Source: Yuukianura sp. NJ FZ-2021 (Eukaryota). From it: 64,000 bases of DNA. Position numbers and translations under genes: made by a program. The first letter of the stretch is position 1, and each line of letters opens with the position of its first letter. The notes under the pieces were generated by a model that saw only the letters and a program-made list of their open reading frames with translations, made no database searches and was not told where the DNA came from. Positions 1 through 13,700 of this stretch are shown here, in pieces. The stretch spans positions 4,898,001 to 4,962,000 of the forward strand of contig CM102290.1 of NCBI GenBank assembly GCA_046563655.1. Direction: 5' to 3'.

Positions 1-3000
1 AATATGCACACAACAACAACAACGAAAAACAAGGGAAAGTGTAAATTAAGAACACAACTTTCAAGTTATCTTTTTTTAAAAAACAGAGCTCAAAAAAGTA
101 CTTTGCACAGGCAGTTAATAAATCCTCCACCACTACCGCCACCATCAGCAAAAAAAAAGGAAATCCAAACAAAAAATTCTAATTTCTAAAAAAAAACAGA
201 CGGTAGGCTTAGAAGCCGGTAGAACCGAAAACACAAAAAACTCTCAATATTTCAAATCCTTTGCCCAATCTTTCACTTTCTCCATTTCCGCCTCCCTCAA
301 GGCAGAGTTGAAAAAAATACAACGTAAAAAAACGTAATTTAGTCGTAAAGAAACCTTCAAGAAAAAAAAAGTGTAAACTGAATAACCATGAGCATTTCCA
401 TAAAAAAAAAGAATTCACCAACTTTTTCTCTCCAGTTCAAAGTTGGTCACAAGGTAGGCAGTGAAAGTGAAAGTTGGCATTCTCTAGTTGCGGCGGGAAA
501 TTTGATATTGAGCGTGTTTTGCTTAGTTTTAGTAACTACTCCACCGTTCGACTTTCCTCTGCTTGCTCTAGCACTTATTGGATTGCAGCAAGAACTTTGC
601 TGTGGTTCTTGTCTCAGTTGTAGGCAGAAGGGCCGAGAGTCTAATAGTCAATTCTATGCTTTTAATGAGTGAGTGTTTTTGTAGGGCTTGCTTAAGGGAG
701 AGAAGCTTAAGGTGAAAGTTGCTCTTCCTTCTATTCACTCTCAACCAAACTTTGTAATTGGATCAAAGCTTTGTTCAAATTAAGTTCATTTGTAGGAAAC
801 ACCTTAACTGCAAGTACAAAAACACAAGACACGGCACTTCTGCCACACTCCTCCACAACTTCCGACCACAACCCACTTCCTATTTCTAAAAAAATGAAAA
901 GTTCTAAATCACTACAAAAATCGTCTGCTCTTCTACTTTCTAGTCTACAGAATCAGAGTAAAAGTTAACATACCGTCAGGCAACGCTCCCAAAGACCACA
1001 TTAAATCTATAACAATTCGAGCGGCACAAAAGAAAAAAGAGACAATATAGAATCCCAGTCACAGATTTTTTGCGCAAGTCTCCAACAAAACCGTCAACTC
1101 AATTTTCATGGGTTATTTGATGCGAGTGTGTGGACTTGGATTGCTGACATCATCAGAAGGCAACACTGTTAATCGCTGCTCCTAAAATACACTCTCTACG
1201 TACTACAAACTACTCTAAAAACTAGTTTTTTTTAAAAAAAAAAACAAACACGTTTCCAAAGTTCTAGTTTAAAATATACTAATATGCAATGTATAACTAA
1301 GTTAAAACATTTGGAACTTAAAAATTCACACTTTCCTTTTCTAAAATCAAAAACTAGCAGAGTAGTATAATATAAAATCCAGGACAATTTTTTGTCTATA
1401 TACATTGGAATGAGGTGAGGAGTGGAATTGGATTTTGGGAAATTGAAACTAAGGAAAAACTAAAACTAAATGAAGATGATTTCTGTTCACCCAGTGAAAG
1501 TGAAATTCATCTGTCTACGCACTGCCATGTTCAACACTGCACTCCACTACCTCTAGGCCAAATAGTAGCATAAATTTCTAACTCTGTTCCTACAAATCGA
1601 ATTTAACTAAATAGCATCTACCTCACTAAAATCTACACTCAAACCATACCTTCCAAATTATACTTTCAAGTCACTGCCAATTTTCAACGCCACGGGTGTC
1701 AAAACTATCAGAAGAGGAGGATGAACATCGCCAAAAAATGTTCAAGCGAGAGAGAAAAAGGAAGAAGGCATTTTTTTATATCGTTATATTGAGAGCTGCT
1801 GCGTTCTCTACACGGAAAATTTATCGTTGTCATCCACGTTCTAAAAAAAAAGACAAGACAAGTTTCGGAACAGATTTTTTTGATTATTTTCTATTGAAAG
1901 AGCTGGAAGGAAGGGAGGAGACCTTTCATTTCTCTTCTGTTTTTGCTTTCTACTGTCAAAACTTTGTTGTTCGAAGACGGTCTGACATTAGATCAGGTCA
2001 CGCCATGAAAGTATGTAGTATAGTTTGTGAAAAGAAGAGCCTTTGGAAAATACGGAAATAAATTGAGTCCAACTTCCTTGTCATCATCGTCTCCGCTTTT
2101 TTCCATTTCCATTTTCCGTGGCAGGCCACTATTACAGACAGAGATTTCTCAATGTATTTTCTCTACAGTGTGAATTCCACTTTCCTTTCTGCGTCCTCAA
2201 ATCGAGGCTTTGCTTTCTCTCGTCACGAGTCACAAATGTCGAACGGAGAGTTCCAGGTCCCGGGCAGCACAGTGCTCTAGCCTACTCTAACCTAAAACTC
2301 TCTACTAAACTCATGCTAAAACTAACACCTCAACCTTTTACCAAAATCCACTAAAAGGAGAAAGTTCGGAGCTGACGGAGCCTATACCCTAGTGTTTTTT
2401 CTAAATGTAGGGTTTTGTCATGGATGTGACTATACATGGGAGACAAGACGAGGCTGGAGGGGGTGAAGAGATGAGAAACCACAAAGGAATCCTTGACGCT
2501 ACGTGAGGTTCAAGTGGTGACCGAAGGAGAAAAGAGGATTTGTGAAATATGAATGAGACTTCCCTAGCCTCTCCTCAACTTCTGTCTCCAAAGGACTCTG
2601 AGAAACGCTCTGCCGTAGTCGCCTGTCACAAAATTAAAATGTTGTTCACAAAATGGGGGAACAAGGTTAGCTCACGAGTCATGTGACAGATGCAGTGACA
2701 TGGGAAGGGGGACTTGGAGACAGAAGGTCACACGATGACATGGGACATAAGATAGGAGGCAAGTCACCCCGAATCTCAGCAACAAAAGGACCAAACTTAA
2801 GATCTGTGGGAAAAGCAAGGGGGACTACGACTGCTTTCCGGACGCTCATGGACGGTCACTTGTGCACGACTATTCTACAAACTCCCAGCACCAAAACTAA
2901 GCTAAAATGTCCAGAAGTAGCCGCCCGTCCATAAGAGTCTAGTTCTGCTAGGAACAATAATGGAGGGAAAGGGGGCTGGCCGACAAACGTCAAAAGAAGC

Positions 3001-6000
3001 TCGTCCTCATTTCGTCGTCCACAACTTTTCGGGGGAAGCCAAGTTTATTTTATAACTGAAGGACGTAGGGAGTACTGTGTTACTTTGAACACTCTCTACA
3101 AGTACATCAACACAAAGTGGACAACATCTATCTACATTTTCGTATCACTCCTCATCACTTCCAACAAAAACGAAGAAGTGGAGAAAACAAAAGACACAAA
3201 TTACTAATTTTAGAGTAACACTCACTTTTGTCACGCTCTCTAACTAACCTAAATTCAACACCAACTAAAAAGACTTTTGGCCAGTTGATTGTTAACCATC
3301 AGATCACTCCAACTTCTAACTAAACATTCATCAAACGCGTCTCAATTATTAACACGACCATTTTAAATTCTAACAACAAAGTTCTACAACAAAGCTACAG
3401 GGATATGTGATCAGAAAAAAAGGAAGAAAAAGTCAAAAGCGTCATTTAAACTTTCCCTCCACTCAAACTTTCCTGTCGAGTCTTATGGCCTAAAATTAAT
3501 AACTAAAAATTCTGTAGTGAAAGTTAGGTGAAAGGAAAAGCCGCAGAAGAAGAAAAAAGGACACGAAGAGTAGAATAGAAAAAAGTTTCCTCAAAATTGA
3601 AAACTTTTCGAAACTAGTTAGGTCACTTAAGGAACAATTAAAAATCTAAATGATTGATTGTCCAAGAAGACATAGAACAGGAAAAAGAAGAAGAGAGAAA
3701 AGTGGTAAGATTAGACAGGGCTAAGGCAAGGTTCATCTAAATTTTAGAAGTTCAAAACTAGATTTTTCTAGAATTCGATTGATTATTCCTAGACACGATA
3801 TAGCTTTTTCAATTCCATCTTCATTGTCATCTTCATCATTCGTATGGGAATCCAGCGCAACAAAAAGCCACAACTTTAACTTCTTTCTTTACAAACTTTT
3901 GTCCTTGAGCTTTCGTATTTTAGTCACAAAATAAAAATTTCCTGAATATAAAAAATGAGCAAAAAATTCCATTTTTCTCAATTCCCTAAAAACGAAATGA
4001 CATGAGAAAATTGACAGTGAAGATGGAGCCAACTAACTACATCTCTAAATTCCATGTAATACTAATTAACACTTTTTTTTAGTATTATGAGCATTAAGTA
4101 TACCCTAAAAAGGAAACACTAGTTTACAACTACTACTTTCCAAAATCACCACAAAGTTACGAGTATTACAATACAAGAACTCAATGTATCTTGCTACAAT
4201 TAAGATAGCATCCGACACTTGTGTAATCACCACCATCAATCATTATGTATTAACGTTAGTAGTAATGTTTCCAAAGCCTTTACACCTAACCATCTACTCA
4301 CATCTACTAATTAATCTAAAGAGCAATAATTTCACACCACTTCCTTCTCACAATCTACTTGGAAAAGGGCAGCAAAAACTTTAACAAAAACAATAACATC
4401 CCACAAACGCACAATCCCAAGTCCCTAGCTCCATTTTCGCCACACCGAAAAGTTCACACGTCAACTTCAATTCCTGTAACGCAACTCAAGTGAGAATTGC
4501 ACAAACACGGAATGGGAACGCTGAAAGAATCTTTCCAAGATGCTATAAGAACATTTATGTTTAAAACTCCATATGCCATCACTTTCTCATCGTTCACTCA
4601 CAATAGGCCTAAAATACACAAATCGAAATCAAGGAGGCAAGTCAAGTGGGAGGCATGAATCAACAGCACCCAGCACTTTCTTCTCTTCTCCCAATTCTTG
4701 TTACAACTTATCAAATATAAACGAGATTCAATGGTTCACCTGGACAGAATTCTAAACTTCTTTCGAAAAAAAAACCTAACATTGAAATATTGAGGTGGGG
4801 TAAGACGCCTAAATTCCACTGCTTAAGAGATTTATCCTTCGCACAGTCTCCAAAAAACTCCAACTTTTTGTTCGTTTTTTTCCCGCCGTGCTAAACTGTA
4901 TGCTTTCTAATTCCTATTCCCACTGGATCTGGCTAATAACTCCTTGGGTCAAGTCAATGGCCTCAAATCCTCACATTTCTTTTCCCAAATAATTATTATG
5001 CCTCACCTCACGTACACATTTCCTTCCAGTTTCTTATAACAATGACTCAAATGTAATGTGGACTACGGTGGCATGCCGAGTATGAACATTCCCTCTAACT
5101 TCGAACACAAAAAAAAAACGGAGCACAATGAAGTGCACCAACTGAATCATAAAAATCCAACTGAAGTAGTTAAGTCAATTTCCAAATCCTTTCAAGGAAA
5201 CAACAAACATACCAAAATTCATAGCCTCACTCTTTCCAAATTTCCAATTACAGAGAAACCTCTCTTATAGCAACTTGGTCCGAAACAGTAAAATTCTCTA
5301 AGTCGACATCGAATCAGAGTTGTCAGACAATCCAAATCCAAAGAGTTGAAAGTTGAACACCCAAAAAAAAACTAACCTAAAAAAAACTTAGATTTTACGG
5401 TGAGCCAGCAACAAAATAGAGTTGCGATATGAGAGGGTCGTCTGTAAGGCCAACTTTCAATTAAAAAAAACAACGCAAAATTGGAAAATTCCTGAAAACA
5501 TGAATTAAACGAAAATTTAAAAAAAAAGGACTAAATCTGCTTTTAAAAAATTGGCAGGAAGACTAGATTTGTTTGAATTTCGTGGACAGGTCATCCTCAT
5601 GTGGAACCAATTAAATTATTAGAATAAAGGGGCCATTTAGGTTATGAGGGGCCTATCTGATAAATGCTTGTGCCTGAGACAATGACATAGAGTGGCATTT
5701 GCAGTTCTTTTTCTCAACTGTCAGTGTTAGAATATAAGACAAGAGCCAAAGCATCTGGCACTTTCCCTTCATGTGCATGTGGTGTCATTTTAGAAAAATA
5801 GTTTTAGCAAGACAGGAACAAATGAATAGGAAACCTTGTGCTCCAGTTTTCTCCCCCAACAGACACGCTCTCTCTAGTTACTCAAAAACAAACTTCCAAC
5901 ACTTTTGAATTTTCCAACGTAATAAGAAAAAAGACTTAACTTATTAAAAAATGCCAACCTACGTTATACGTGTCACTTCTACCTACACTCCTGCCTTGCT

Positions 6001-7756
6001 CAAAAACAATGTTCACAATTATGGGCAATTGATGTAACACTTCAGAGTAATTATTTTCTTCGCCAAAGAAAAGATGTTTTGAAATATGTGAAATTGATTT
6101 AAGTCCCCAAACAAAGTATTTTTAGAATAGAAACGGTAATCGTAGAGTAAGACAAAGGAAAACATGGGAACCAGAAAAGTGAAAAATTAATTGATCTATT
6201 TTTAAATCTACATTTCCAATGGAATTGCCGTGTTCAACAAACTGATATGCACGTTGTTACACAAAACTTTTTAACAATAATTTATGAATTTCTAACCTCA
6301 AGTCTTTGATACGTTATTGTTTTGAATGAAAGTTCTCAAGTTGACTTTTTGATTTGGCAAAAACATCTCCCCCTCTCAATTTTAATCCCCTTTTTTGGCA
6401 ACGATTTCCATGTTCAAATGAAAGGAAGAAGATGAAAGTGATTATGTTTTGGCACCTTTGCAAAGATGATTAAGATTATTGTTTTTGATCCGACTTCTAA
6501 AAAATAAATTTACATTTTCGGCCCGCTATCTTTCAACTCCATCCAAAAACCTTGTAACCTACAAAATTTAAAACGGAATTCTAAATGTCACCTCCCCTGC
6601 CTCCTTGAATATGAAGTCTTTTTTGCGCAAGACAAAATATGAATTGAGCTGCTCCCATAAAGATGGACGTTGGTTGATGGTAAAAAGTCAATATTTTTTC
6701 TGAACCATTTCTCAGACTAAAACGTCTAGCACCTACTTTCTAGGAGAAGGCCTCTCATCTAACCTAACTATAAAAACCACTTCTATTCATAAGTTGATCA
6801 CTTGACTCGTGACTAGACTAATCGTAAAGGACTAAAGGTCTAAGGCTAAGGACCAAGAGACTCTAAACCTCCGACATCTCTAAATCTGTAATAAGTAGAC
6901 AGTGTGCACAGGAAGAAAGTCTCTCTCTAGTATTATATCAAAACTAATTAACGCCAACTCTCTAATTCTCTAAGTCATCATCACAAGACAAGAAAGTTGG
7001 TTCTTGATACGTTTTAGGCCGAATATTTAGAAAATCCTACAAAAACTAAAAGTCTCAAGACTCTCTAAACACAAAATTGAGACGGTTTTCATTGCGACGG
7101 ACTAAATTATTTCCTTTGGACTCTTTGAACCAAAGTCATCAGACTAATCGTAGTGTAGGACTTTTGTCAACTGTTTCTTCTAAAAAACGTTAGTTAAGTC
7201 ACACTTCTGCTGGAACTCCTCTTCCGCCTCCGAAGGACGGAAGTGAAAGTAGGGCGACGGACTCCGTAGTGTTCAAACTAACTTTGTTTTTGGGCGGCCT
7301 CAACAGAAGACACTCTAGATTAGTACTTCTACTCTCTCCTGGTCCACTTCCTTTTTGTTTACAAACTACACTCTCTCTACTACGTCGGAGAGTGCTAATC
7401 TAACTAATTGTCAACTACTTCCTGGGCCTTTGGTTCCACATTTGCAAGACTTGGAAGCGCTCAAAATGCCGGATTCCTTCCAACCTCATTTGTGCCTAAT
7501 GGCAGAATCACAGACACTCGCATAGTTTGTGTATGCATAAATTATTGGGCACTACACTGTCTAGTCATCAGAGGAGAAAGCAGAGGAGGATCACCTCTCT
7601 ATTGTCTCGTTGGAAAGTGGATGTTTTAGCAGAAGAGAAACAACAACGGGGAACACTAGACACCGCCGTCAACCACGAACATAATTAACAGAATGAAGCT
7701 TCGATTACTACAAAAAGTACACGTACAATTCCAATGGAATTTTAAGTCTACAGAAT

Positions 7757-10700
7757 CTAGATGCCGACAGCCTGGAGCGGTACAACGGTGAGCCCTACTG
7801 GATTGATGGTAATGCCGGATGCTGGTGTAGCCATTGGAGCATGGTGGTTGGCTATGAGGCCAAATACATTTTTATGCGGGAGATACGTCCCACCTTGATA
7901 GGTGGGAATGAGATGATGGTGGGTCCGGGACGCCGAGTGACTCGTCGTAGCTAAGGGAATGGCGTAGGGAGTGTATCTGATGGATGCTGGAGATGCTGAT
8001 GGAGTGGTGGTCCCTAATGCTGCTGGAATTAGTATAAACTCACCGTAGCTAGCTCCACGAGTAGAAGCTCTCGTCTTTGCTAAGTTTGATGGCAACATCA
8101 CTTCCTTCGGTTGTGCCTTCTTGCATTCTACCTGCTCAAACGAAAAGAAAAGAGTCAACCTAATTAGTCCATACATGACTCCTCAATCCACAAACTGTTC
8201 CCAGTCCACTCTACATTAATTTTTCATTACAAACCTTATAAATCCTTACCATTTTGTTATTTATTTCATGGAAATGGATTTCGCACACCTTATCTACGAC
8301 ATCTTCATTCTGGAACGTCACGAAACCGAATCCTGTAGATACAACAAACACAAAATTCAATTCATTTATTCATCTCATTTCATATTTAAATTGTCTTGGA
8401 AGAACTATTAAGTCAAAAACCCAATGTTCAAATTATACAAACACAAAAATAGACAAAAGGAAAAGACTGAAGCGATAGACAGCGCACAGTTGCACAAAAA
8501 AAAAGTTCAACCAAAAAATAATTGAAGTGTTGGAAAATTACTAAAATTGACTTGCTAGTGCTACCACTACATATTACAAAATTCTCACAGACAGGTTCCA
8601 AAATGTACTCGAGCTTAAAATAGGTTTCTTTCCTATTCAACAAAAGCAACCTCTGTTTTGACTTTTCAACTCGTACAACTTTTTTTTTGAGGCTTCCGAC
8701 GCTGATTACTGTAAAAAAAAACTCATCTTCAGAATGTTCATTATCATCCGAACACACTTTAGACAGAGACAGAAGAGAGAAAAACGCTGATTTTTTTGGC
8801 ACCGAAAACAAATCTCACTCCGCTTCCTTTTGAAATGCTACTTTTGTTGGTCTTGCGTGTGCTAATTAACAGGATCTGGAGTTCCATAGTCCAAAGAAGC
8901 CGGGATTAGAACATAGTAGGAGACCACATACTAAAGTACTCAAGTAGGAACAAGTCATCATCACATTTAGATAGTTAACCCCATAGAACTGCCACATAAA
9001 ACCCGGCTCTTATCTCTTCGACACGCCGCCCTTTCATCCCTCTACCCACATTACTCTTGTCACCCGCAATTTCCAAATACCCGCAACAAAAAAAATACAA
9101 CGACCAAAATTTCCCTAGTCACACTCTGAATACAACATTTTATCCTCGTTCATCGGCCCGTAATCTCACTTTACAAATAATCCTGGTATCTGTCAGTGTT
9201 TGAATGGACTAAAATAAAACTTCGAACTGTATTCTTTGTGCATTCCTTCCTGAAGTACAAATCCATACTGTATATTTAAACCAAAAAAAAAAGCACAAAA
9301 ATACCTCGAATTCATCGGTGCGCAAATTTTAAAACTTTACTCCTCCTTATACCCTTTTCACTTTCACCCAGGATTGAGATTGGAATTTCAAAAAACTCTG
9401 CTGGTTTTGACGGTAGCAGAAACCACATTTTTCAATTTCAAATTCAAGAAAAAAGGAGAGAACGAAGAAATCTGTTATGGAATAAACTAGTTCTCAGTTT
9501 TCACCAAAAAAAAAATGTGGAATAGAGTAAAGGAACATAGTAGATGTAACAAAGTAAGCTCCTTTCTCTTCAAAAGAAGGAAACCAAAGGAATGAAATCT
9601 GTGAGTTATTCCAAAAACCCTAAGTATCATCATCATAAAAGCCACGGGAAATGGGCAAGATCGGATTAAGTTCCTGACACACTTACTCAAACCACTTCAA
9701 CCATTTATTTCCCATCCAAAATTCAAAAATACCAACAACCCAGAAGTAAAAAATATTTGCACACTCAAACACACGCCTAACCTAACAATCTACTTTCACT
9801 TTCTCCTCGCTACAAACTTATAAATAAAAAAAAACTTGATCGTTGCCATATTTTTTTTTTTGAAAAAGGTTTCCAACTTGCAACTTGCGGAGATTGCATG
9901 GCCGTTATACCTGAGGGAAACTATGTCCTGCGTGTGTGTTATGATATGTACACAATCTTATTCCAGTAGGGAAAAAAGTACGACGGAGAAAGGTTTATGA
10001 GGCTCAGTTTAGGTTGGGGTGATGGGAGAGAAATCATTGATTTCATTCATGTCTACCTTGAGCTCTTCTGACTCCAGAATTTATTTCACCTTTCCCTCCA
10101 TGTACTTCCAATTTATTATTATAGGCAGAGCACGAGCAAGGTTCTAGAAGTGCCTTTAGTACCAAAAACCACAAGAACCTTCACCCCTGGCTCCAACTGT
10201 AGCCAAAACCAAACAAAAACGCTCCTCTCCCTTTCCGCTTTCCAACTTTGGACTTTGCCCTAACTTTACCCACAACTCCCTTTCCCTGGCGACCAACTTT
10301 ACTTTTCCCGGTTCTTTTTCTGCACAAAATCCCTCTCTCTCAACCTTATGAACCACATGCACATTTTTCATAAAAAAGAGGAGTTAGACGGGAAAGTGGT
10401 GGGATTGGAAGAAAAGCGGATGAAGGAAGGAGCAATCACTTCCATACAACTTTCTCTGCCGCATAACTTTACTTCCTAGCATAACCACTACTACAGCTAG
10501 ACAGGAGCTCCAGCATAACCGTCTCTATTTATGGAACATGAAAACCCGATTTGTCTCTAGTCTCTGCTGATGACACTGGCTCCACTTTCCCACCGAAAAA
10601 CCATCCCTCTACCATCAATCCTAAAACCCAGAACAGGAAACTATAGTCAAACACTATTCCAAATCCTAAAAAGCAACTCTTTAATCTTCCATGAACCTCA

Positions 10701-13700
10701 TAATTTCACTCTCCCTCTCACTCAATTCAATCTCTCAATTACACTTCCACACTACCCCGCCCTTCAATTATTAATTCGCAACACCACAAACTCCAAACCA
10801 AAACTTTCAACGTATGCAACACTCCAGAATCAAACTAAAACTCTTATCGCAGCACAGGACACATTCGTTCCCACGGCTTAATTTCCACCAAAAACCTAGC
10901 ACCACAAACTATTTGTAACTTTGAGAGGAATCTAGAGTTCCAACAAGGAATTTAAGGATTTCAAACAACCTATAGTCTACACTTCCCATCCAAATAACAA
11001 CTAATTCCTTTAAGATCCAACAAATTGGCTTCGACAAATTACACTTTCCCTCACTTCGGAGACATACAAAGTAAAGTCTAAGGAAAACAAAGGGAACAGA
11101 ATCAGGAATTCCTCTATTCAATTTGAATTACACCAAAAGAGAAAGTTGTCACATGAATTAAGTTAGCGGAATGTCTTAACAATGTTTCTGTGTTCCTCAC
11201 AATGACAAAGTTTGAACTTTTCCATTCCTTGCCTCGTGCTTGATCAAGTACAAGCAGAATCAAAACCAAAAAATGTTCCACTTTCAAAAAAGAAAAGTAG
11301 GTCAACACTCTGTGGACCTTGACCTCAAATGGTCAGCACATTGGGAAAATGTCAATCCTTGTTCCGTAAGTTATGGAGGTTACGTGGCAACAGAGAGCAG
11401 AAGCACCCAGAATATAATGTTCCTAAATAACGTTACTTCCGCTATACTTCATAAATAAGAAATGATGAGCGGGAACTTCAGACGCAGAGACCTCCTTCCT
11501 CTCAATTGTTTACCACCACAGAAAACATTTTCTTCCGTCGAATGACTCTTTTGTCGTCGTCGTAAACTCAAAAACAATCTCAATTCCAACGAGAAACTAC
11601 GAAAGATTCCTTGGACTGTGGTGAGAAAGCCAAGGATAGATCCAGAAGAAAGTTCCTGCTTCCCAAGAATCTAAATGTCAGTTCCAAATATCTGGAACCA
11701 AAGGATTTATTTGGTATTCAGTTTCAAATAAAATGTTAATGCGCTGCCCATGCCACGTAATAAATTTCTCAAGTTTATTCAGTCAAGCCCTCCAGACTCC
11801 ACTTGAAAAATCTTTTCACCCTATTTTCAATAAGGAAAAAAGAGAGCCAAAGACACAGAGAGAAAACAAAGAATATAAAACAGAAAGAAACAATAAAAAT
11901 TCCTGAATATAAAACACAGAAAAGTACATTCGATACATCCACTTACATTCACAATCGTTACAATATGCTTATCCAAAAAAAAAAAAAAACTTTTTCTGTT
12001 TTACAATTCTTAAAATATCATTAGAAAATTTTGTTTCAAAATCACACAAACGACGTTACATTGAATCTTCAGAAGTTCGTACGTCAGTCTCAAAAAAATC
12101 ACTTTAAAAATTGCGGTTACTAAAAATCAAACTTATTGCACCAAAAATCGTAACATTACTCATTTCATAGATTGCACCAAAAATATTTTCGGAATTCAAA
12201 AAATATGCAAGTCAAAGAGTCAAAAGTGTAGGCAGGCGGGGAAGGCCAAAACTGAAGTTACAACCTAGCAAGTGTGACAGCACTGAGAAAAACAGATTCA
12301 GTCCTTATTCAAGTCCTAAGAAATTGGACGAAATTCCGAAGCAAGAACAAAAAAAAAAGTTCCGAGAATCTGAAAACATATCTTAAACTTCAGTTTCCTT
12401 GTTCGCTATAACCTTCATTTAGTATATCCCAAGGAAGTAGAAAAAAGAAGATCTCTAAATTTCAGCTTTCTTTTTCTCTCCAGCAAGAAAAAAAAGGAGA
12501 AAAAGAGCCGTGAAATGTGGAAATACTTTTCTTTCCCCATTCTCTCAGACTTTCTCTTTTTTTTCTTTCAAAATTTACGAGTAAGTCATTCACATTGCAA
12601 TTCTCCTTGGTCCTCCTTGTAACTGAAGGTAGTATCATATCATAATTCAGCTCTCGTCACTCATCCCTCCTTTCTCCTCCTCAGTCATTTTGAACGGGCA
12701 TTATCAACTTAAGGCAACAAAGAACCAAAAGTGGATTCTTTTAATTCCCTCCACAGAAATAAAGTCTCCAAGCAGGTTTACATCAGTGTAGGGGCAAAAA
12801 CCTAACCTAGCCTAACCTAGAAACCAGCCTAACATCACAATCCTTCCGTTAGTACACTCCACATTCTCATTACGAATGTTCCATTAGGGCCGTCCATCCA
12901 TCCAGAGAAGAAAGGCAGGAGTCCTGCCTGTCTTTGTGATGGCAGAAGCCTTTCTCCTTTCTCTTCACAAAACCCATTCCCTTCTTCCTTACAACTTTTA
13001 TAACCTGACTTAGGAAAATGAGAACGACTAAAACCTAGCCTAACTGAAGGCACGGAAGCAGAACAATGAACCTCATGACTAAAAGTCCAATGCACGAGGG
13101 AAACCATACAAAAGTTACCAAGTCCAACCCAGCCCCATAAGAAAAGGAACGCCAAAAGAGAATGAAAAAAGTAGTAACGTGAGTTCAAAATTAAAATTCT
13201 TCATTTTTAGTTCCATATGCTCCCTTCTCTTACTTTCTAACTTTCATTTCATATGTAAAAAAAAAAGTTAGAAAAAAAACTGAAAATTACCACAGTCGCA
13301 GTCCATATTCTCATTTTTCCCTGTTGGGAGTTAGGAACCATTGAACAAATTGAAATTTTCCCGCTTTTTTTCTTACATAAAATAGACCTAATTTGAATTA
13401 CTAACAAATTTTCAAAAAACTCACCACCAGTTATTTTAAATGACGGTTTTTAGTTTTTACTTTACTACTTTTTCTAATAATCCAACAAATCTCACAGACA
13501 TTTATGGGCCATGGAACGTACCAAATTCTTAATTTCAAACTTTTCAAAAACTTTCTCCTCTGTTCACGTCCTCCTTAGACCGAAGAAGTTGAAACGGATT
13601 TAGAGACTTCACCTCAACTTTCTTTCCTTTCCTTTCATTTTTTCTCTCAAAATGAAATTTCATAATGAAATTTCCAAATCGGTATAATTTCTCTCCAAAT

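Noticed and set aside
1120..1181. Phase-1 acceptor that could serve as an alternative Musashi last exon (GAAINSVAF*)
   Set aside because: Only nine codons, no Musashi similarity, no independent support.
7110..7160. Hammerhead-like core on the minus strand: CTGATGA, stem CTTTGG...CCAAAG, GAAA, with a small ACTA/TAGT stem before it
   Set aside because: No stem III and no UH cleavage triplet in the required position; the stem II closing pair is C-G rather than the usual purine-pyrimidine. Treated as coincidental.
12801..12833. CCTAA/TTAGG arthropod telomere-like units (also near 9776, 39381, 57102)
   Set aside because: Only two or three degenerate units each; too short to call interstitial telomeric arrays.
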